Part shown: positions 31,701-32,000 of the stretch, in pieces
Layout: the number at the start of each line of letters is the position of its first letter
How positions within the stretch are numbered: position 1 is the first letter of the stretch
Assembly (NCBI RefSeq): GCF_007748075.1
Contig: NZ_CP036280.1
Span: 3,030,001 to 3,062,000 of the forward strand
DNA from: Mucisphaera calidilacus
GTDB taxonomy: Bacteria; Planctomycetota; Phycisphaerae; Phycisphaerales; Phycisphaeraceae
Direction: 5' to 3'
Length of the DNA: 32,000 nt
Position numbers and translations under genes: made by a program
Notes under the pieces: generated by a model
Databases searched by the model: none
What the model was told of the DNA's origin: nothing
Seen by the model: the letters and a program-made list of their open reading frames with translations, nothing else

Positions 31701-32000
31701 TCACTGGGTCTCGGTCTCACCCTCGGTCGGGGCGAGCTTGTCCCAGTCCGTCTCGACCGTCCCCTGATAGTTCTCGCTGATCGTCTTGAGGTACTCGATG
31801 ATCGCCGTGATCTCGAGATCGCTCAGCCGCCCCTTGTAAGAGGGCATCACGTTCTGATACCCGTTCACGATGTTCGCGCCCGGGTAGATGATCGACTCGC
31901 GGATGTAGTTCTCGTCGGCCTCGTAAGACCCGTTGTTGTGCACGCCCTGCTTGCCGTAGAGATCCTTGAAGCTCGGCCCGATCTTCGAGGTGCCGTCAAG
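31701..32000 (-). CDS. ctaC: Cytochrome c oxidase subunit II, C-terminal cytochrome c domain (caa3 type); 5' part lies beyond the window edge
   Basis: The frame is open from position 32000. Manual translation gives LDGTSKIGPSFKDLYGKQGVHNNGSYEADENYIRESIIYPGANIVNGYQNVMPSYKGRLSDLEITAIIEYLKTIS..., the pattern that follows the CxxCH of the fused cytochrome c domain in caa3 subunit II. The CxxCH itself would lie just outside the window. Confidence 0.75.
   Translation of the reverse strand, partial: LDGTSKIGPSFKDLYGKQGVHNNGSYEADENYIRESIIYPGANIVNGYQNVMPSYKGRLSDLEITAIIEYLKTISENYQGTVETDWDKLAPTEGETETQ

Noticed and set aside
1-32000. CRISPR arrays, rRNA genes, large tandem repeats
   Set aside because: I found no regularly spaced direct repeats with unique spacers, no rRNA-like sequence, and no tandem arrays apart from the two dockerin coding units. 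All intergenic gaps are shorter than about 185 bp.

Overview
High-GC bacterial chromosomal window. Lines I counted by hand run about 65-70% G+C. It is densely coded on both strands, and many genes overlap by 1-4 nt. I support 31 protein-coding genes, 2 tRNAs, and a few candidate promoters, hairpins and repeats.

Layout from left to right:
1. Minus-strand unsaturated-uronate/KDG catabolic block (GH88 hydrolase, SDR, eda, kdgK) with a divergent AraC regulator.
2. Gfo/Idh/MocA oxidoreductase, TIM-barrel sugar isomerase and a Tat-signal aldo/keto reductase.
3. Secreted M14-peptidase-like protein with two dockerin-like repeats and a PEP-CTERM anchor.
4. Second TIM-barrel isomerase.
5. Minus-strand housekeeping string pgk, outer-membrane beta-barrel, rpe, HAD phosphatase, tRNA-Gln.
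6. ygfZ, a metallophosphoesterase, a GT9 heptosyltransferase, a DUF4349-like membrane protein and a divergent RNase HII-family gene.
7. A roughly 1.5-kb lower-GC islet with a lone fic gene, bracketed by perfect 18-bp direct repeats and sitting on the tRNA-Glu promoter.
8. tRNA-Glu, manC-like, ruvX, a very acidic tail-anchored protein, rsmE, a chlorite-dismutase-family protein and a UAP1-type UDP-sugar pyrophosphorylase.
9. A caa3-type cytochrome c oxidase operon (II partial, I, III-long, IV, III-short).

The gene repertoire (PEP-CTERM plus dockerin, many Gfo/TIM-isomerase genes, a pilin-like LPSLGAARR anchor) suggests Planctomycetota (Phycisphaerae-like). This is inference only.

The most accessory-looking and least explained part is the fic islet at 19684-21191 with its AT-rich repeat-bearing leader. 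Also notable are a cytochrome oxidase subunit III carrying a roughly 185-residue His/Asp/Glu-rich insertion and a 487-aa polyacidic tail-anchored protein. I saw no CRISPR array, rRNA, transposase or integrase. Many long ORFs in the supplied track are antisense artefacts of the high G+C content.
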